From a virus, in IMG/VR virus record IMGVR_UViG_3300027985_000557, positions 3,046-67,045 of that record: a stretch of DNA of 64,000 nt. The stretch is one strand, 5' to 3'. Below, one piece after another: positions 45,794 to 55,875 of the stretch. The notes under the pieces are model-generated. The model ran no database searches, was not told the origin of the DNA, and was given only the letters and a program-made list of their open reading frames with translations. The translations under genes and the position numbers were made by a program. Within the stretch, counting starts at the first letter, position 1, and every line of letters starts with the position of its first letter.

Positions 45794-46312
45794 TTAACCG
45801 TCCTGGGCGGTAACGGTGGCGGTCACTCGCAGAGTTGTGCCGTTGGAAAGCACCTGGGCCGCCCCGAACTTTGCCGCAGCAAGGAGCACTGCCCCGGTGT
45901 CCGACGAGTTGCCCTTGGTGCTGGAACCGACGACAAGGCCCGCGCCGTAGATGGTCACGTTCTCGGTGATGGAGAACAGCGCCGGGTCGGCCGAGTTGGT
46001 GATCTGATTGGCCAGAATGTCCCCGGACTGGAATATGGGGCGAGTGGCTTCGGTGTACCCGCTGTATTCCGTGACACCCTTCACCGCATAGGTGCTATCC
46101 GCCGTGGGGGTTGCGTTGTCGCTGAAGATCATGATGTACCAGTCCGTGGACGGGATGACCGCGCCTTTGAACATCACGTCCAGCCAGAACGCGAGGCCTT
46201 CATTGGTCATCACGTTGGGCATGAAATCAGATAGGCTGATGATATGTCCGCCCGCGTCCAACACCTCAGCCTTCCAGAAAGACTTGGCCCGTAAGCCCCC
46301 GAATTTACGCAT
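45794..46312 (-). CDS. Virion structural protein
   Basis: N.MT.EG...LD, WY, Y..R, IYGAG...G..LLAAA.F...TL.VT. Confidence 0.6.
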   Translation of the reverse strand: MRKFGGLRAKSFWKAEVLDAGGHIISLSDFMPNVMTNEGLAFWLDVMFKGAVIPSTDWYIMIFSDNATPTADSTYAVKGVTEYSGYTEATRPIFQSGDILANQITNSADPALFSITENVTIYGAGLVVGSSTKGNSSDTGAVLLAAAKFGAAQVLSNGTTLRVTATVTAQDG

Positions 46313-46354
46313 GATTTTATCCTCGTTTTAGGCTCGTTTTCGACCCGCCGTGGC

Positions 46355-49300
46355 CTATGACCCGGAAATGCGTTTCAACGTCCTGTTATTGCTCGCTATG
46401 ATGTTCATTACGACCTTCTGCCCGGCCGTGGTCCCCAGAGCGTCAAGGACCATCTTGGGGTCCGTGACGTTGATGATATTCACGGCCGAGGAACCCCCAC
46501 CCGTCGAGCCTTGCGAGGATACCCCCAGGTTGCCCTGGCTGTCCCGCTTCAAGGGGAGGATGGCCTCCGGGCCTTTCTCGCCCAGGACACCCAGCGCCCC
46601 GGCCCCGCCCTTTGCGAACTTGAACACATGCGGAGTATTGAATACCCCGCCGTTGGCGAACGCATAGGCCCCTCCAGCAAAGGCTGCGCCCCTGGCAAAG
46701 AACTGCGCGCCGCCATGGCTAAAGCCGCCGCCCTTGGCGAATAGTGACCCAATAGCACTGAATAATCCGCCGAGCAAGCCCCCGCCGCCGAGCAAGCCCC
46801 CGCCGCCGAGCAAGCCCCCGCCGCCGCTACTGCCCCCGCCAAACAGTGAACTGAACAACGAGGTCAGTGTGCTGATGAGTGAAGAAAAAATATTCGTGGT
46901 GCCGCTAGACCAATCACTGAAGGTGTTCTTGGACTCTTCAGCAAACTGTGCCACATCCGCGCCCATGGCGTAGGAGTTCGCAGTCATGGCCGTGGCCGCT
47001 GCGTCCATGGTGCCGGACCCCGCCGCCCCCGTAGCGCCAGCTACAGCATTCGCTACCGAGCTACCTGCACTCCCTGCGCCGGTCAAGTTGGCCGTGGACA
47101 GCGCCGTGGTCAAACCCTGGATAGCGATCGTATTTGCGCCTGTAGCCGCAGTGTTCGCCGTCTGTGCGGAAGCCGCTGCCGTGTCCCCGGCCCCGCCGAG
47201 GCCACTGATCAGACTACCCGAGTCAAAACCGAAGGCCCCGCCGACGCCCTTGAGCATGCTGGACATCATGTTATTCAGGCCAAATTCAATGAACCGCTTG
47301 CCGATGTTCTTCAGCATACTGGCGATGGACTCTTCGGCTGTCTTGGTACCGTCGATGAGTCCTTCAATCATGTCACCCAGGCCCGACTTGATGTCGTCCA
47401 GGGTACCCTTCATGAGTTCTACGACCTGCTGGCCGGTAGTCTTCTGTTCAGCAAGCCATTCAGCAAGACCGAGCTTCATTTGGTCGTACATGGAGCCTTC
47501 GATCTCAATGCGCTTCTTGGCGTACTCCAGCGCACTGATCTGCCCCTCGTTGTACTTCTGCTTGAGCAAGGACATGTACTCGCTTTCGGACATAATGCCG
47601 TAGGCGTAGTAATCGTCCATGTACCGCTTGCGCGCGTCGTACAGGCTCTTCTCGTAGCTGACGTTCGCGGCAGCCAGTTCGGCCCTCTTGTTATTGAGAT
47701 CCGTCTCCAGCTTTTTCTTGGCGTCCGACCCTTCCTTCTCAAGGGCCAGTTCACGCTGAATCTCAGCGATCTCGGCGTTGACCGACGCCACCTTGGCCGA
47801 GTGTTTCTTGCGCTCGATGTCTTGGTAGTAGGTGAAGCTATCATTCATGCCCGCGATTTCGAGATCATCGCGAGACTTGTTCAGAGCGATGCTTGTTTCG
47901 GCCGCCTGTTTGTCGAACTTCTTCTTGGACTCAATCTGCTGCGCGTAGAGGATGAGCAGTTCCTTGTTGGCGGCGTTCTGCTCTTTCTCGGCAGAGTCGA
48001 TGTCGGTTTCCGACTTGGCCTTGGCACGCATCTGATCGGCGACGGCCACGTACTCCTTGGCTGTCTCGATCTTCTTTTCAATGAGGGCAATCTCCGCTTC
48101 TTCGGCAGAGGTTTCCCCCTTGGCAACGGAAAGACGGGACTGTGCCTCTTCCAGTTCCATAAGAGACTTTAGGTTGGCGATGCGCTTGCGCTCAGCCTTA
48201 AACACATCCCCGTGCCCGCCTGCCAGGGAGTTGAGTGATTTAACATGCGCTCGCTCAGCCCCGGTCGCTTTATTCGTGGCCCCTGTGAGTCCTTCCGTTA
48301 CCGACTGGACCGCCGGGATAAGCTGAATAACCGGGAGATTGAATTGTTCGCCGAACAATGTCCTGAGTGCGGACATCATTCCTTCGTAAATCTTCAGGAC
48401 AGCGTTCGCATTGTCTATGTTCTGCTGCTGCCACTTCTCATTATTTTCTTTGTTCGCGAGTGCCCCGGCACCGTCCGTCTTAGCGATGGACTGCTCGACG
48501 TTAGCAAGGGCGTCAGCATTCGCCTGCTTCTGGGCCTCCAGTTGCAGCTTGTACGGCTCGAGAACAGCCTTAGCGACTTCATCAAGGGCCTTGAGCTTTG
48601 CGTCACGCTCTTCTTTGGCCGCAGCTTCCTGCGTCTGCTTACCTTCAGCGACAGCCTTATTAATCTTATCCTGGGCATCGTTGTAGGCGGTAACCGCCTC
48701 GTCGATATATCCCTTGCGCAGGACGGCGTTCTCACGTTCAGCTTCCGTCCCGGTCTTCATGGTTTCTTGAAGTTTCTGGTAAGCGGAGGTCACGCCGTCA
48801 ATGTTTAAGCTCTTGAGCCCTTCATCGACTTTGGCCTGGGCAGAAGCCATGGCTACTTCCGCTTCAGCCGCCTTCTGGGTATTGCCGGCGAGTTCAAGCA
48901 CCCGCTGCGCCATGTCGTTGGGCATCTTGTCAAGGAATGCCTGAGCCATGGCCCTGGAGGCCTCGTCGCCCGCGTCCCGCAGCTTCTTGACATACTCGAC
49001 AGCATTCGCAACAGCGGTGCGCTGTTTATTCGTCGCCTCAGTGTACTCCGCCGCGTTCTTCTTCGGATCGCTTACCGTCGCAGCATCACCAGCCTCGACC
49101 GCTCCAACGTGGGCGTCACTACGGATGTTCTGGAGCTGCTGCTGCCCCTTCTTAAAAAGGGCGATGTCCGCATCAATGGCGGCTTTCATCTCATCGGTGT
49201 GCCCCGTCGCCTTTTTGGCAATCAAGGCGTCGATGGCGGCGAGGTAGTCCTTGGTGGAAGCCGTCGCCAAGTCCAGGGTGTTCGCCAACTCAGGAAAAGC

Positions 49301-51877
49301 GGCAAGGAGGCGCACTGTCTGCTGCTGCCAGAGTTCACCGCCCTCTTTGGCCGATCCAATGCTTCCCTTGTATCGCTCAAGCTCCGTAACTTGCTTCTCA
49401 AGAGAAGTAGCCAGTTCCGAGTGCTTCTTGATCGCCTTTTCTGTGGAAGTGCCGATGTCGGACAGGGCGTAAGCAAGGCCGCCAAGGGCCACAACCCCGG
49501 CGGCGACCCAGCCCCATACCGGAACAGCCGCCAAGGCAACGGTGGCGCTCTCAAATCCAGCGGTAGCCAAAGCCGCACTGCCGAGGGGGCTTACAAGAGT
49601 CCCAATCTTAGCCCCGAAGGCGACAAGGGCATCAAACGACATGGCGACTTTGAGGGCGCGAAATGCCGTCGTTGCCAGCCCGACCGCAACGGTAAGGGCC
49701 GCGAGCTTGATGATGAGGCCGCCCACCGCGCTTTCCGCGAAGGTATTCATCGCGGTCATCGTGCTATTGATGATGTCGAGGATGCCGCCGAACACGTTCG
49801 CAATGCCGTTCTCACCAAGGGTAGCCATGAGAACGGCGAACTTATTCTTCACAAGATCAATCTTCGCACCAAGGCCCTGCATCTGCGTTTGGGCCATCTC
49901 ATGCGCGGCACCAACCTCGTTAAGAGCGAGACTGAACTCCTGAACTTGCTTGGCCGATGAGGCAAGCTGAATAGCAGCGTTACCCGCCCGCGTCCCGAAG
50001 ATGTCATAGAAATTGGCATTCCGCTGCAAAAGAGTGCCGAGATTCTCAAGAACGGTACCGTAGCTGTTCTGCTTGAGGTTGAAGTCATTCAAACTCATGC
50101 CGGCTTTAACCACGGCCGTTGTGAACTTACCGGACCCTTCACCAAGAATCTGAAAGATCTGCCGCAGGCCCGTACCAATAGTGGAAGCCCGGAGGCCCGC
50201 ATTGGCAAGGGACATGGTGGAAGCCGTGGCATCCTTGAAGCTGATGCCTGCCTGACGGGCGGCCACGCCGACGTAGTTGTACGCCGTGTTCAGCTTATCA
50301 ACGTCGAGCTTCGACTTGTTGATAGCGACGGCCAGGGCATCGACCACCTCGCCGGATTGAGCGGCATCCATATTGAAGGCACGGATAATCGTCGTGACAA
50401 GATTCGTGGCCTTGCCCATATCCGACATGGTGCCCGTGGCAAGTTCGGTTACCGATCCGATAGTTTGCATCGTCTCGGTCGCACTGAAACCGGCTTGGGC
50501 AATCTCGGTCATGCCCCCGGCGATGTCTTTGATCCCTTTATTGGACCTGGCTGCGACGTTCTTGAGCGTGTCGCCCATGCGGCCCATCTGTTCGTCAGTG
50601 GCTCCGGAGATGGACTGGAGATTACGGAGAGACTGGTCGTACTCGACAATGGCCTGCGAAGCCTTGTAGATGCCGGTGATCAAGGCGGTAGCGATAGCGT
50701 AGGAAGCCATCGTCTTGAACGCATTGGCGACTCGGGTCACGGCCCCTTGAAGCGTACCCATGATGCCCGTGGCCTGCCGTGAAGCCGTGACGGTCTTACC
50801 CATCTCGGCGGCGGCTTCTGTCTGCACTTTTCCGTGCCGGGCAGTCGCCTCATTCAAAACCTGGGCAGAAGAAGTGAGGGCATTGTACTCCGTTCCGAGA
50901 GTCTTGGCCCTGGATGCCGACCGGAGCTGTTCCTCTCCGACCGCCTGAATGTTCTTGTAGAGTGCCTTATACATCCCCGAGTTGCTGCCGTAATCCTTGG
51001 CAACCGCGACGGCGGCTTCCTGGTACTGGCGGCCATACTGCCCCAGGTCTTTGAGGCCTCTGGCGTAGTCAAGAACACCCTTCTTCGCAGCGGTCATGCC
51101 CGTGGACATGTTGGCCGTAGAAGTGGATACCTCGACAAGGCCGTCCCGAGTCATCTTGGTGACGCCGGCCGCGTTACGCTCTGCCTCGGACAAAACCTGA
51201 CGAGACGAGGAGAGCTTCTTGTACTCATCCCCCAACAAGGCGGACTTCTGGGCGGCAATGGCCTGGGACGCGGCGACGTTTTTAATGCCGACCGCAACGG
51301 CCTCGAATTGAGCCGTACCGGCTCCGTACTGCTCGGCGGCGCGCTTTACTGCGTTGCTGTAGACCGTGCCGTAAGACCCGACCTTTTGAATCGCTTTCAG
51401 GTAGCTATTGGTGCTGTTCACACCATTTTCCATGGTGTTGTTCAGCAAGGCGAAGCGGTCCTGCGATTGATACCACGCATTGCCCGCCGAACCCATGGTC
51501 CTACTGGTCTTGTAGAGCTGCTTCTCGAGCTTGTCCAGAACAGCGAACTGTTCCTTCCACGCGGTGGACCCCTGCTGGATACCGCGTTCAGCATTTTGAG
51601 CGGAGAGCTTTTTGACGGCGTCGGAGTAGGCCTCGGTCTGCGCCGAGAGCCGCGTCATGGAGGAAGACTGAGCATCTGCCGCCTGTCCCGCTTTACGAAG
51701 AGAACCCGACAACGCGGCGAGCTGCCCTTCAAGGCGAGAAGAGACGTTGTAGACCTTGTTCATGGCAACCTTGAGGTTGCCAATGGAATTATCCAGCAAA
51801 GCCAGGGCGGAAGACAGACTCTTGTCCATCTTGCCCACAATGCTCAGCAGGAGCTGCTGCTCAGTCTTCCCTGCCAT
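46355..51877 (-). CDS. Tape measure protein
   Basis: 1840 aa, Ala/Gly-rich helical; TP901-like core (LANAG..ASTIGTGLR); C-terminal FA.GG and GEKGPEAILPL. Confidence 0.93.
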   Translation of the reverse strand: MAGKTEQQLLLSIVGKMDKSLSSALALLDNSIGNLKVAMNKVYNVSSRLEGQLAALSGSLRKAGQAADAQSSSMTRLSAQTEAYSDAVKKLSAQNAERGIQQGSTAWKEQFAVLDKLEKQLYKTSRTMGSAGNAWYQSQDRFALLNNTMENGVNSTNSYLKAIQKVGSYGTVYSNAVKRAAEQYGAGTAQFEAVAVGIKNVAASQAIAAQKSALLGDEYKKLSSSRQVLSEAERNAAGVTKMTRDGLVEVSTSTANMSTGMTAAKKGVLDYARGLKDLGQYGRQYQEAAVAVAKDYGSNSGMYKALYKNIQAVGEEQLRSASRAKTLGTEYNALTSSAQVLNEATARHGKVQTEAAAEMGKTVTASRQATGIMGTLQGAVTRVANAFKTMASYAIATALITGIYKASQAIVEYDQSLRNLQSISGATDEQMGRMGDTLKNVAARSNKGIKDIAGGMTEIAQAGFSATETMQTIGSVTELATGTMSDMGKATNLVTTIIRAFNMDAAQSGEVVDALAVAINKSKLDVDKLNTAYNYVGVAARQAGISFKDATASTMSLANAGLRASTIGTGLRQIFQILGEGSGKFTTAVVKAGMSLNDFNLKQNSYGTVLENLGTLLQRNANFYDIFGTRAGNAAIQLASSAKQVQEFSLALNEVGAAHEMAQTQMQGLGAKIDLVKNKFAVLMATLGENGIANVFGGILDIINSTMTAMNTFAESAVGGLIIKLAALTVAVGLATTAFRALKVAMSFDALVAFGAKIGTLVSPLGSAALATAGFESATVALAAVPVWGWVAAGVVALGGLAYALSDIGTSTEKAIKKHSELATSLEKQVTELERYKGSIGSAKEGGELWQQQTVRLLAAFPELANTLDLATASTKDYLAAIDALIAKKATGHTDEMKAAIDADIALFKKGQQQLQNIRSDAHVGAVEAGDAATVSDPKKNAAEYTEATNKQRTAVANAVEYVKKLRDAGDEASRAMAQAFLDKMPNDMAQRVLELAGNTQKAAEAEVAMASAQAKVDEGLKSLNIDGVTSAYQKLQETMKTGTEAERENAVLRKGYIDEAVTAYNDAQDKINKAVAEGKQTQEAAAKEERDAKLKALDEVAKAVLEPYKLQLEAQKQANADALANVEQSIAKTDGAGALANKENNEKWQQQNIDNANAVLKIYEGMMSALRTLFGEQFNLPVIQLIPAVQSVTEGLTGATNKATGAERAHVKSLNSLAGGHGDVFKAERKRIANLKSLMELEEAQSRLSVAKGETSAEEAEIALIEKKIETAKEYVAVADQMRAKAKSETDIDSAEKEQNAANKELLILYAQQIESKKKFDKQAAETSIALNKSRDDLEIAGMNDSFTYYQDIERKKHSAKVASVNAEIAEIQRELALEKEGSDAKKKLETDLNNKRAELAAANVSYEKSLYDARKRYMDDYYAYGIMSESEYMSLLKQKYNEGQISALEYAKKRIEIEGSMYDQMKLGLAEWLAEQKTTGQQVVELMKGTLDDIKSGLGDMIEGLIDGTKTAEESIASMLKNIGKRFIEFGLNNMMSSMLKGVGGAFGFDSGSLISGLGGAGDTAAASAQTANTAATGANTIAIQGLTTALSTANLTGAGSAGSSVANAVAGATGAAGSGTMDAAATAMTANSYAMGADVAQFAEESKNTFSDWSSGTTNIFSSLISTLTSLFSSLFGGGSSGGGGLLGGGGLLGGGGLLGGLFSAIGSLFAKGGGFSHGGAQFFARGAAFAGGAYAFANGGVFNTPHVFKFAKGGAGALGVLGEKGPEAILPLKRDSQGNLGVSSQGSTGGGSSAVNIINVTDPKMVLDALGTTAGQKVVMNIIASNNRTLKRISGS
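46767..46820. repeat. Three 18-bp tandem repeats inside the TMP
   Basis: CCGCCGAGCAAGCCCCCG x3, encoding GGGGLL. Confidence 0.85.
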
Positions 51878-51885
51878 GGTTCCCC

Positions 51886-52287
51886 CTAGAGCCCGGTATT
51901 ACCGAACTGCTTCATCAAGTTGCTGCGCATCTTCTTGGTCAGCCTGTCTCGTTCTTCTTGACTCATGTCTTCATAGGCTGAAGGATCCTTGAAGATTCCG
52001 TCGCCTTGATTGGTAAGCGAGCCCGAGGGGGCGTTTTTAACCAGTTTGCGAAGATCGACGCCTTGCAGCTTGGCATCGAAGCACATCTGGTCGAACTGTT
52101 TACCTTCTGCGGCTTCAAATAGAAAGTGAACTTGGTTGAAGGTCAGACCTCCGTCCTTGAAACTCTTGTAGAAGATATGATGTATCGTGTACTGAGGGTA
52201 CGCCAGCAAAAACCGGGCGGCGACCTCATCCAGCGACAGGGTTACTGAATCTTCTGCCCCGCCATGCGCTTGATGAGGTTCCGCACG
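51886..52287 (-). CDS. Tail assembly chaperone, -1 frameshift extension (gpGT-like)
   Basis: Overlapping -1 frame entered at A-AAA-AAC; abuts the TMP. Confidence 0.75.
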   Translation of the reverse strand, partial: RAEPHQAHGGAEDSVTLSLDEVAARFLLAYPQYTIHHIFYKSFKDGGLTFNQVHFLFEAAEGKQFDQMCFDAKLQGVDLRKLVKNAPSGSLTNQGDGIFKDPSAYEDMSQEERDRLTKKMRSNLMKQFGNTGL

Positions 52288-52664
52288 TTTTTTATGTTGC
52301 CCTCGTAGTTCAGTTCCCAAATGCCTATGACGATATCCGTGAGCTGCGTGTTGGTCATGCTGCCCACCACCTCATCGATCTCGTTGGCCGGGACGTCGCT
52401 GGCAATGGCAAGGATCTTGCCGAGGTTATCCGTAATGATGGCCATGACATCGGTGATGATGCCGGCGTTCTCCAGGCCGTCCTTGACTGAGGCGATGTCC
52501 TCGTATTCCTTGGACTTCTCGGCGAACACCTTGACGGCCTCGACGATGACGGTGCCCATCTTGTTCTGATCGGAGATGGACAAGGGGTAAACGGTAATCT
52601 CGCGCAATTCGCGCGATCCGACTTCGTACTGCCGGACCTGAGGATTGAGTTTGCTTTCGGACAT
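52242..52664 (-). CDS. Tail assembly chaperone (gpG-like)
   Basis: Between tail tube and TMP; contains the slippery site. Confidence 0.8.
   Translation of the reverse strand: MSESKLNPQVRQYEVGSRELREITVYPLSISDQNKMGTVIVEAVKVFAEKSKEYEDIASVKDGLENAGIITDVMAIITDNLGKILAIASDVPANEIDEVVGSMTNTQLTDIVIGIWELNYEGNIKNVRNLIKRMAGQKIQ
52287..52293 (-). other. Programmed -1 ribosomal frameshift site
   Basis: ATA AAA AAC (X XXY YYZ) near the end of the chaperone gene; the -1 frame continues KKRAEPHQ. Confidence 0.75.
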
Positions 52665-52688
52665 AGTTCCTTCTCCTTTGGAGATTTA

Positions 52689-52714
52689 GGGGGCCAAGGC
52701 GGACCTTGGCCCCG
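52689..52714 (-). terminator. Hairpin after the tail tube gene
   Basis: GGGGCCAAGG / CCTTGGCCCC inverted repeat. Confidence 0.45.
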
Positions 52715-52721
52715 TTGCGGG

Positions 52722-53306
52722 TTACTGGAACAGGATGCGGCCGAGGGGACGCTCGTCCCACACGACGTCGCCGCCGGCCACTTCGGAATCGGCGCGCTTG
52801 GATTCGAAGGTGACCGGGACGGCCACGGCGTCTTCGGCCTTCAGGTCCATCTCGATGGACGAGGTGGCCTGGGCGCGCGGGAAGATGATGGTGAACTTGT
52901 CGATGCCGTTCGGGTAGACGTACTCGGCTTCCATGCGGATGAAGGCCGGGGACGTCAAGGTGCCGATGACGATTTCGCCGGAGTGGGCCGTGGCGTAGCC
53001 GGTGGAAGCATCCTTGCCCATGGCGTAGGCGAGGTTTTTCGGGCTAACTTCCTTGAACTCGCACTCCAGGGAGGCGGACGAGCGCAGGGGAATGGTCATG
53101 TCCTCCATCAGCGGAAAGCCGGATTCCAGCTTCCAGTACTCGGTGTTGCCGGTGTACTTGGTGGAGGCCATCGCGCCCATGGAATCGGTCTTGGTCAGGA
53201 CCGGATCGATCTCGGCGATGTTGGTGGATGAAGCACCCAGGCGAATCTGGGCGAGGCCAAGGGCAACGGTCGTGGTGTCGCGGGTTACCGGGCCGGTACG
53301 GGGCAT
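52722..53306 (-). CDS. Major tail tube protein
   Basis: Beta-rich 194 aa, strong codon bias, NLAYAMG, IIFPRA; upstream of the chaperones. Confidence 0.8.
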   Translation of the reverse strand: MPRTGPVTRDTTTVALGLAQIRLGASSTNIAEIDPVLTKTDSMGAMASTKYTGNTEYWKLESGFPLMEDMTIPLRSSASLECEFKEVSPKNLAYAMGKDASTGYATAHSGEIVIGTLTSPAFIRMEAEYVYPNGIDKFTIIFPRAQATSSIEMDLKAEDAVAVPVTFESKRADSEVAGGDVVWDERPLGRILFQ

Positions 53307-53330
53307 GGGGATTCTCCTTGTATAGGGAGG

Positions 53331-53597
53331 TTATATGTTGGTCTTCTCGACAGATTCGCTGATGTCTTGGTCGTTCGGTTGCCCGATTATATCGTTGGGC
53401 GGGAAATAGTTCAGGGTCACGAACTTCCCGCAGTCACGACGGAAACACCGGATGCGCAATGATCCATGAATGTAGATGTCAACCGGAACAAAGGTTCCCG
53501 GCTGCGATTTACCAAACATGAAATGCCAAAGGCCGTTCGGCAGCCGGGTGAGCAGCTTGCGCCCGCAGTGGGGGCACATGATGAATTTCTCTTCCAT
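53331..53597 (-). CDS. Com-like zinc-ribbon protein
   Basis: CPHCGRKL ... IRCFRRDCGK..LN. Confidence 0.6.
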   Translation of the reverse strand: MEEKFIMCPHCGRKLLTRLPNGLWHFMFGKSQPGTFVPVDIYIHGSLRIRCFRRDCGKFVTLNYFPPNDIIGQPNDQDISESVEKTNI

Positions 53598-53598
53598 G

Positions 53599-54078
53599 CT
53601 ACACCTTTGATGCGAATCGAATCATGGTGGAAAGCTGCCGGGCCTTGGTGTCGTCGGCAAGGGGTGGGCTCACGGTGGTTTCCTGAATGCGTGTTACCGC
53701 CAAGGCACCAATGACTTCCCAATCCTTGTCCGAGTAGCTCTGGTAAAACGGAATGCGCTTGGGAGGCACCTCGCCCGCGTTGTCGTCAGCGATCAGGTAG
53801 CCCATGACCGTATCGCACAGACGGGCCAGGGCAAAGCCTTCGTTATCCTGCCGCGAACAGCAGAACAAGTCCACGAAAAGCGAAGACAGGGTGTCGCGTT
53901 CAAGTGGCCCAATCATGATGGACACCCACTGATCGGCGGCAACACCCTGGACCGTGGGGGCGGCAAGGCCCCGGTCGAACGTAATGGGAATGCCTTCAAC
54001 GATCTGGAGATTCTCCAAGAAATATCGCTTCAGACTGTCCCGGATGTTAGCCTCTCGGGCGGTTGGGTCCAGTGCCAT
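53599..54078 (-). CDS. Putative tail terminator
   Basis: Size and position upstream of the tail tube. Confidence 0.55.
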   Translation of the reverse strand: MALDPTAREANIRDSLKRYFLENLQIVEGIPITFDRGLAAPTVQGVAADQWVSIMIGPLERDTLSSLFVDLFCCSRQDNEGFALARLCDTVMGYLIADDNAGEVPPKRIPFYQSYSDKDWEVIGALAVTRIQETTVSPPLADDTKARQLSTMIRFASKV

Positions 54079-54268
54079 GATCAAACTCGTCCAGAAACGT
54101 GCCAAGCAGGGCGGCGAATTTCTTCAACTGCTCGGCGTTCTGGTGGTCTTCGGCCCCTTCGGTATTGATGGTGGCCTTGTCCAGGGCATCCGCTATGCCG
54201 CGTACTTCAGTTAATCTAAGTTCCACCGTAACAAGAATGTCGGCGGGCTGCAAGTCCAATATCTTCAT
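54047..54268 (-). CDS. Small hypothetical protein
   Basis: ATGA coupling, in-operon. Confidence 0.5.
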   Translation of the reverse strand: MKILDLQPADILVTVELRLTEVRGIADALDKATINTEGAEDHQNAEQLKKFAALLGTFLDEFDHGTGPNRPRG

Positions 54269-54786
54269 TTTTTACCCCAAGTGGTGGCTAAATCGCGCAA
54301 GGCTTGGCCCACGTACTTCTCGAACTCCGCCTGCATGTTGTCCATGATCGGACTAAACACCTGCCGAGCGGGGATAGTCATCCACGAGCCGCCCTTGCCC
54401 CGGCCCCGGTAGCCCCACTCCGTGAGGCCCACATACCAGTTGATTTCATCGGGCAGAGAACCGATGTATTCCACGTAGTCGTCAGCCTTGGTTACCGGCT
54501 GAGCGCGCCATGCCCGCTCTTGCAGTGCCGCCCGGAGGGCACCCGTCTTGACCCAAAACTTTGGCGAGTAGCCATGATTCTCTTTCCACTTCTTGTATTT
54601 TGCACTCAAGGGGTCATAAGCGGAGGCATACCGCTGCGTTTCAATCGCCCGGAGAACGGCACGATAGTAGGCGGTGATGTAAAGACGGGGAAGTTCGTCT
54701 TTCCAGAACCGCGTGCGCCGGTCAATAGCCGTACGAGCCTTGTTGAACCGTACCTCATACCGTTTCTCCAGGCGAGCGTCGAACAT
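54265..54786 (-). CDS. Neck/tail-completion (virion morphogenesis) protein
   Basis: PLS..Y..WK, TG.L, EWG...IPARQVF.P. Confidence 0.7.
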   Translation of the reverse strand: MFDARLEKRYEVRFNKARTAIDRRTRFWKDELPRLYITAYYRAVLRAIETQRYASAYDPLSAKYKKWKENHGYSPKFWVKTGALRAALQERAWRAQPVTKADDYVEYIGSLPDEINWYVGLTEWGYRGRGKGGSWMTIPARQVFSPIMDNMQAEFEKYVGQALRDLATTWGKK

Positions 54787-54787
54787 A

Positions 54788-55174
54788 CTACCCCCGCAAG
54801 AACCCGTCCAGCACCCGCTCGAAGACAAGGGGCGTGGGATACTTGGGCATGAGCCCTTCCATCTGAATCCCGGACTTAAAGATCCTGGGGGCCTGGAAGA
54901 ACTTCTTGTCAAACACGTTTCGACGGAACAGAGTGAGCACATCCCAATACCGGAATGCCGGCTGGAAGTAAACGGGCAGCGCTCGTCGAAGCGGGAGCTC
55001 AATGAGTTCGTCCGAATACATGTAGGCGCAGTAGGGGGCCTGAGCCTCTTGAAACCGAGGCTCCCTGGTGTCACACACGACGACGTTCCGCAGCAGGTTC
55101 TTGCCGAAGGAAGTCACCGCTCCATCAATGTCGGGGACGCGGTCCCCTGGAATGATGTAGAGAGTGACGAGCAT
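54788..55174 (-). CDS. Short GT2-like (GT-A) protein
   Basis: YMYSDE.I...L (degenerate DxDE) and QAPRIFK as in LPS beta-glucosyltransferase-like proteins. Confidence 0.45.
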   Translation of the reverse strand: MLVTLYIIPGDRVPDIDGAVTSFGKNLLRNVVVCDTREPRFQEAQAPYCAYMYSDELIELPLRRALPVYFQPAFRYWDVLTLFRRNVFDKKFFQAPRIFKSGIQMEGLMPKYPTPLVFERVLDGFLRG

Positions 55175-55875
55175 TACGCCGCCCCCAGCTTTCGGGTCAC
55201 CGAAACCATGGCATCATTGGCCTTGGCGAGTTCTTCGGCATCGAACTTCTCCACCGAAAAGGTCTTAATGAACGACGTCATAGTCGGCTCCATTTCGAGC
55301 CCAGCAAGGCCACAAAGGCGCTTTGCCAGGGCGGCGGCCCGGCGGTAGTCCCCGGGCGCAACCATGGATCCGCCATACGACTTCTCGTAGGCCGTATGCC
55401 ACGCGCAGCGCAGGTACGACCGCTCATACAGGTCCAGGCCGGGCCAGATTCCTTCGATGTTAATGCGCGAATCTTCCGGGCAGTCGGTCATGATCAAGGG
55501 ACGGGACAGGTGCGCCCGTCCGTCCGGGTACAAGGCGTTTGACACGATAAGTTCATCAATAGGCCGCGCCGTCTGCAAGAAGATCGGAGTCAGTCCGAGC
55601 GGATTATCTTCGAAAAACTGACGGGCATGGATGTACCCCGGGGCCTTGATGACAAGGGCGTTCCCCTCTTCAGCGCACCAGTAATCCCACAACTTGCTGA
55701 GGCCGCTGTAATTCTTGGCGGCGATGGCCGCGTGCATGACCTGGGGCGGCTCGTTGGTATGCTTGGGGTGCGGGTCCGCACATCCCTTGATCTTGGAATG
55801 TGCGAGCAGACACCGCATAAGAAACGTGGTCCTGGAGCGCGGCGCTCCGCCGATGACATACAAAAACTTATTCAT
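55174..55875 (-). CDS. Sulfotransferase-family protein
   Basis: VIGGAPRSRTTFL..LL.H (5'-PSB-like), K.P, R.....SN (3'-PB-like), RLC...GLE. Confidence 0.65.
   Translation of the reverse strand: MNKFLYVIGGAPRSRTTFLMRCLLAHSKIKGCADPHPKHTNEPPQVMHAAIAAKNYSGLSKLWDYWCAEEGNALVIKAPGYIHARQFFEDNPLGLTPIFLQTARPIDELIVSNALYPDGRAHLSRPLIMTDCPEDSRINIEGIWPGLDLYERSYLRCAWHTAYEKSYGGSMVAPGDYRRAAALAKRLCGLAGLEMEPTMTSFIKTFSVEKFDAEELAKANDAMVSVTRKLGAA

Noticed and set aside
46767-46820. 18-bp tandem repeat as a CRISPR array or regulatory VNTR
   Set aside because: No spacers; in-frame GGGGLL coding repeat in the tape measure
51886-52664. Chaperone -1 frameshift as a novelty
   Set aside because: Standard feature of long-tailed phages; listed as a feature only
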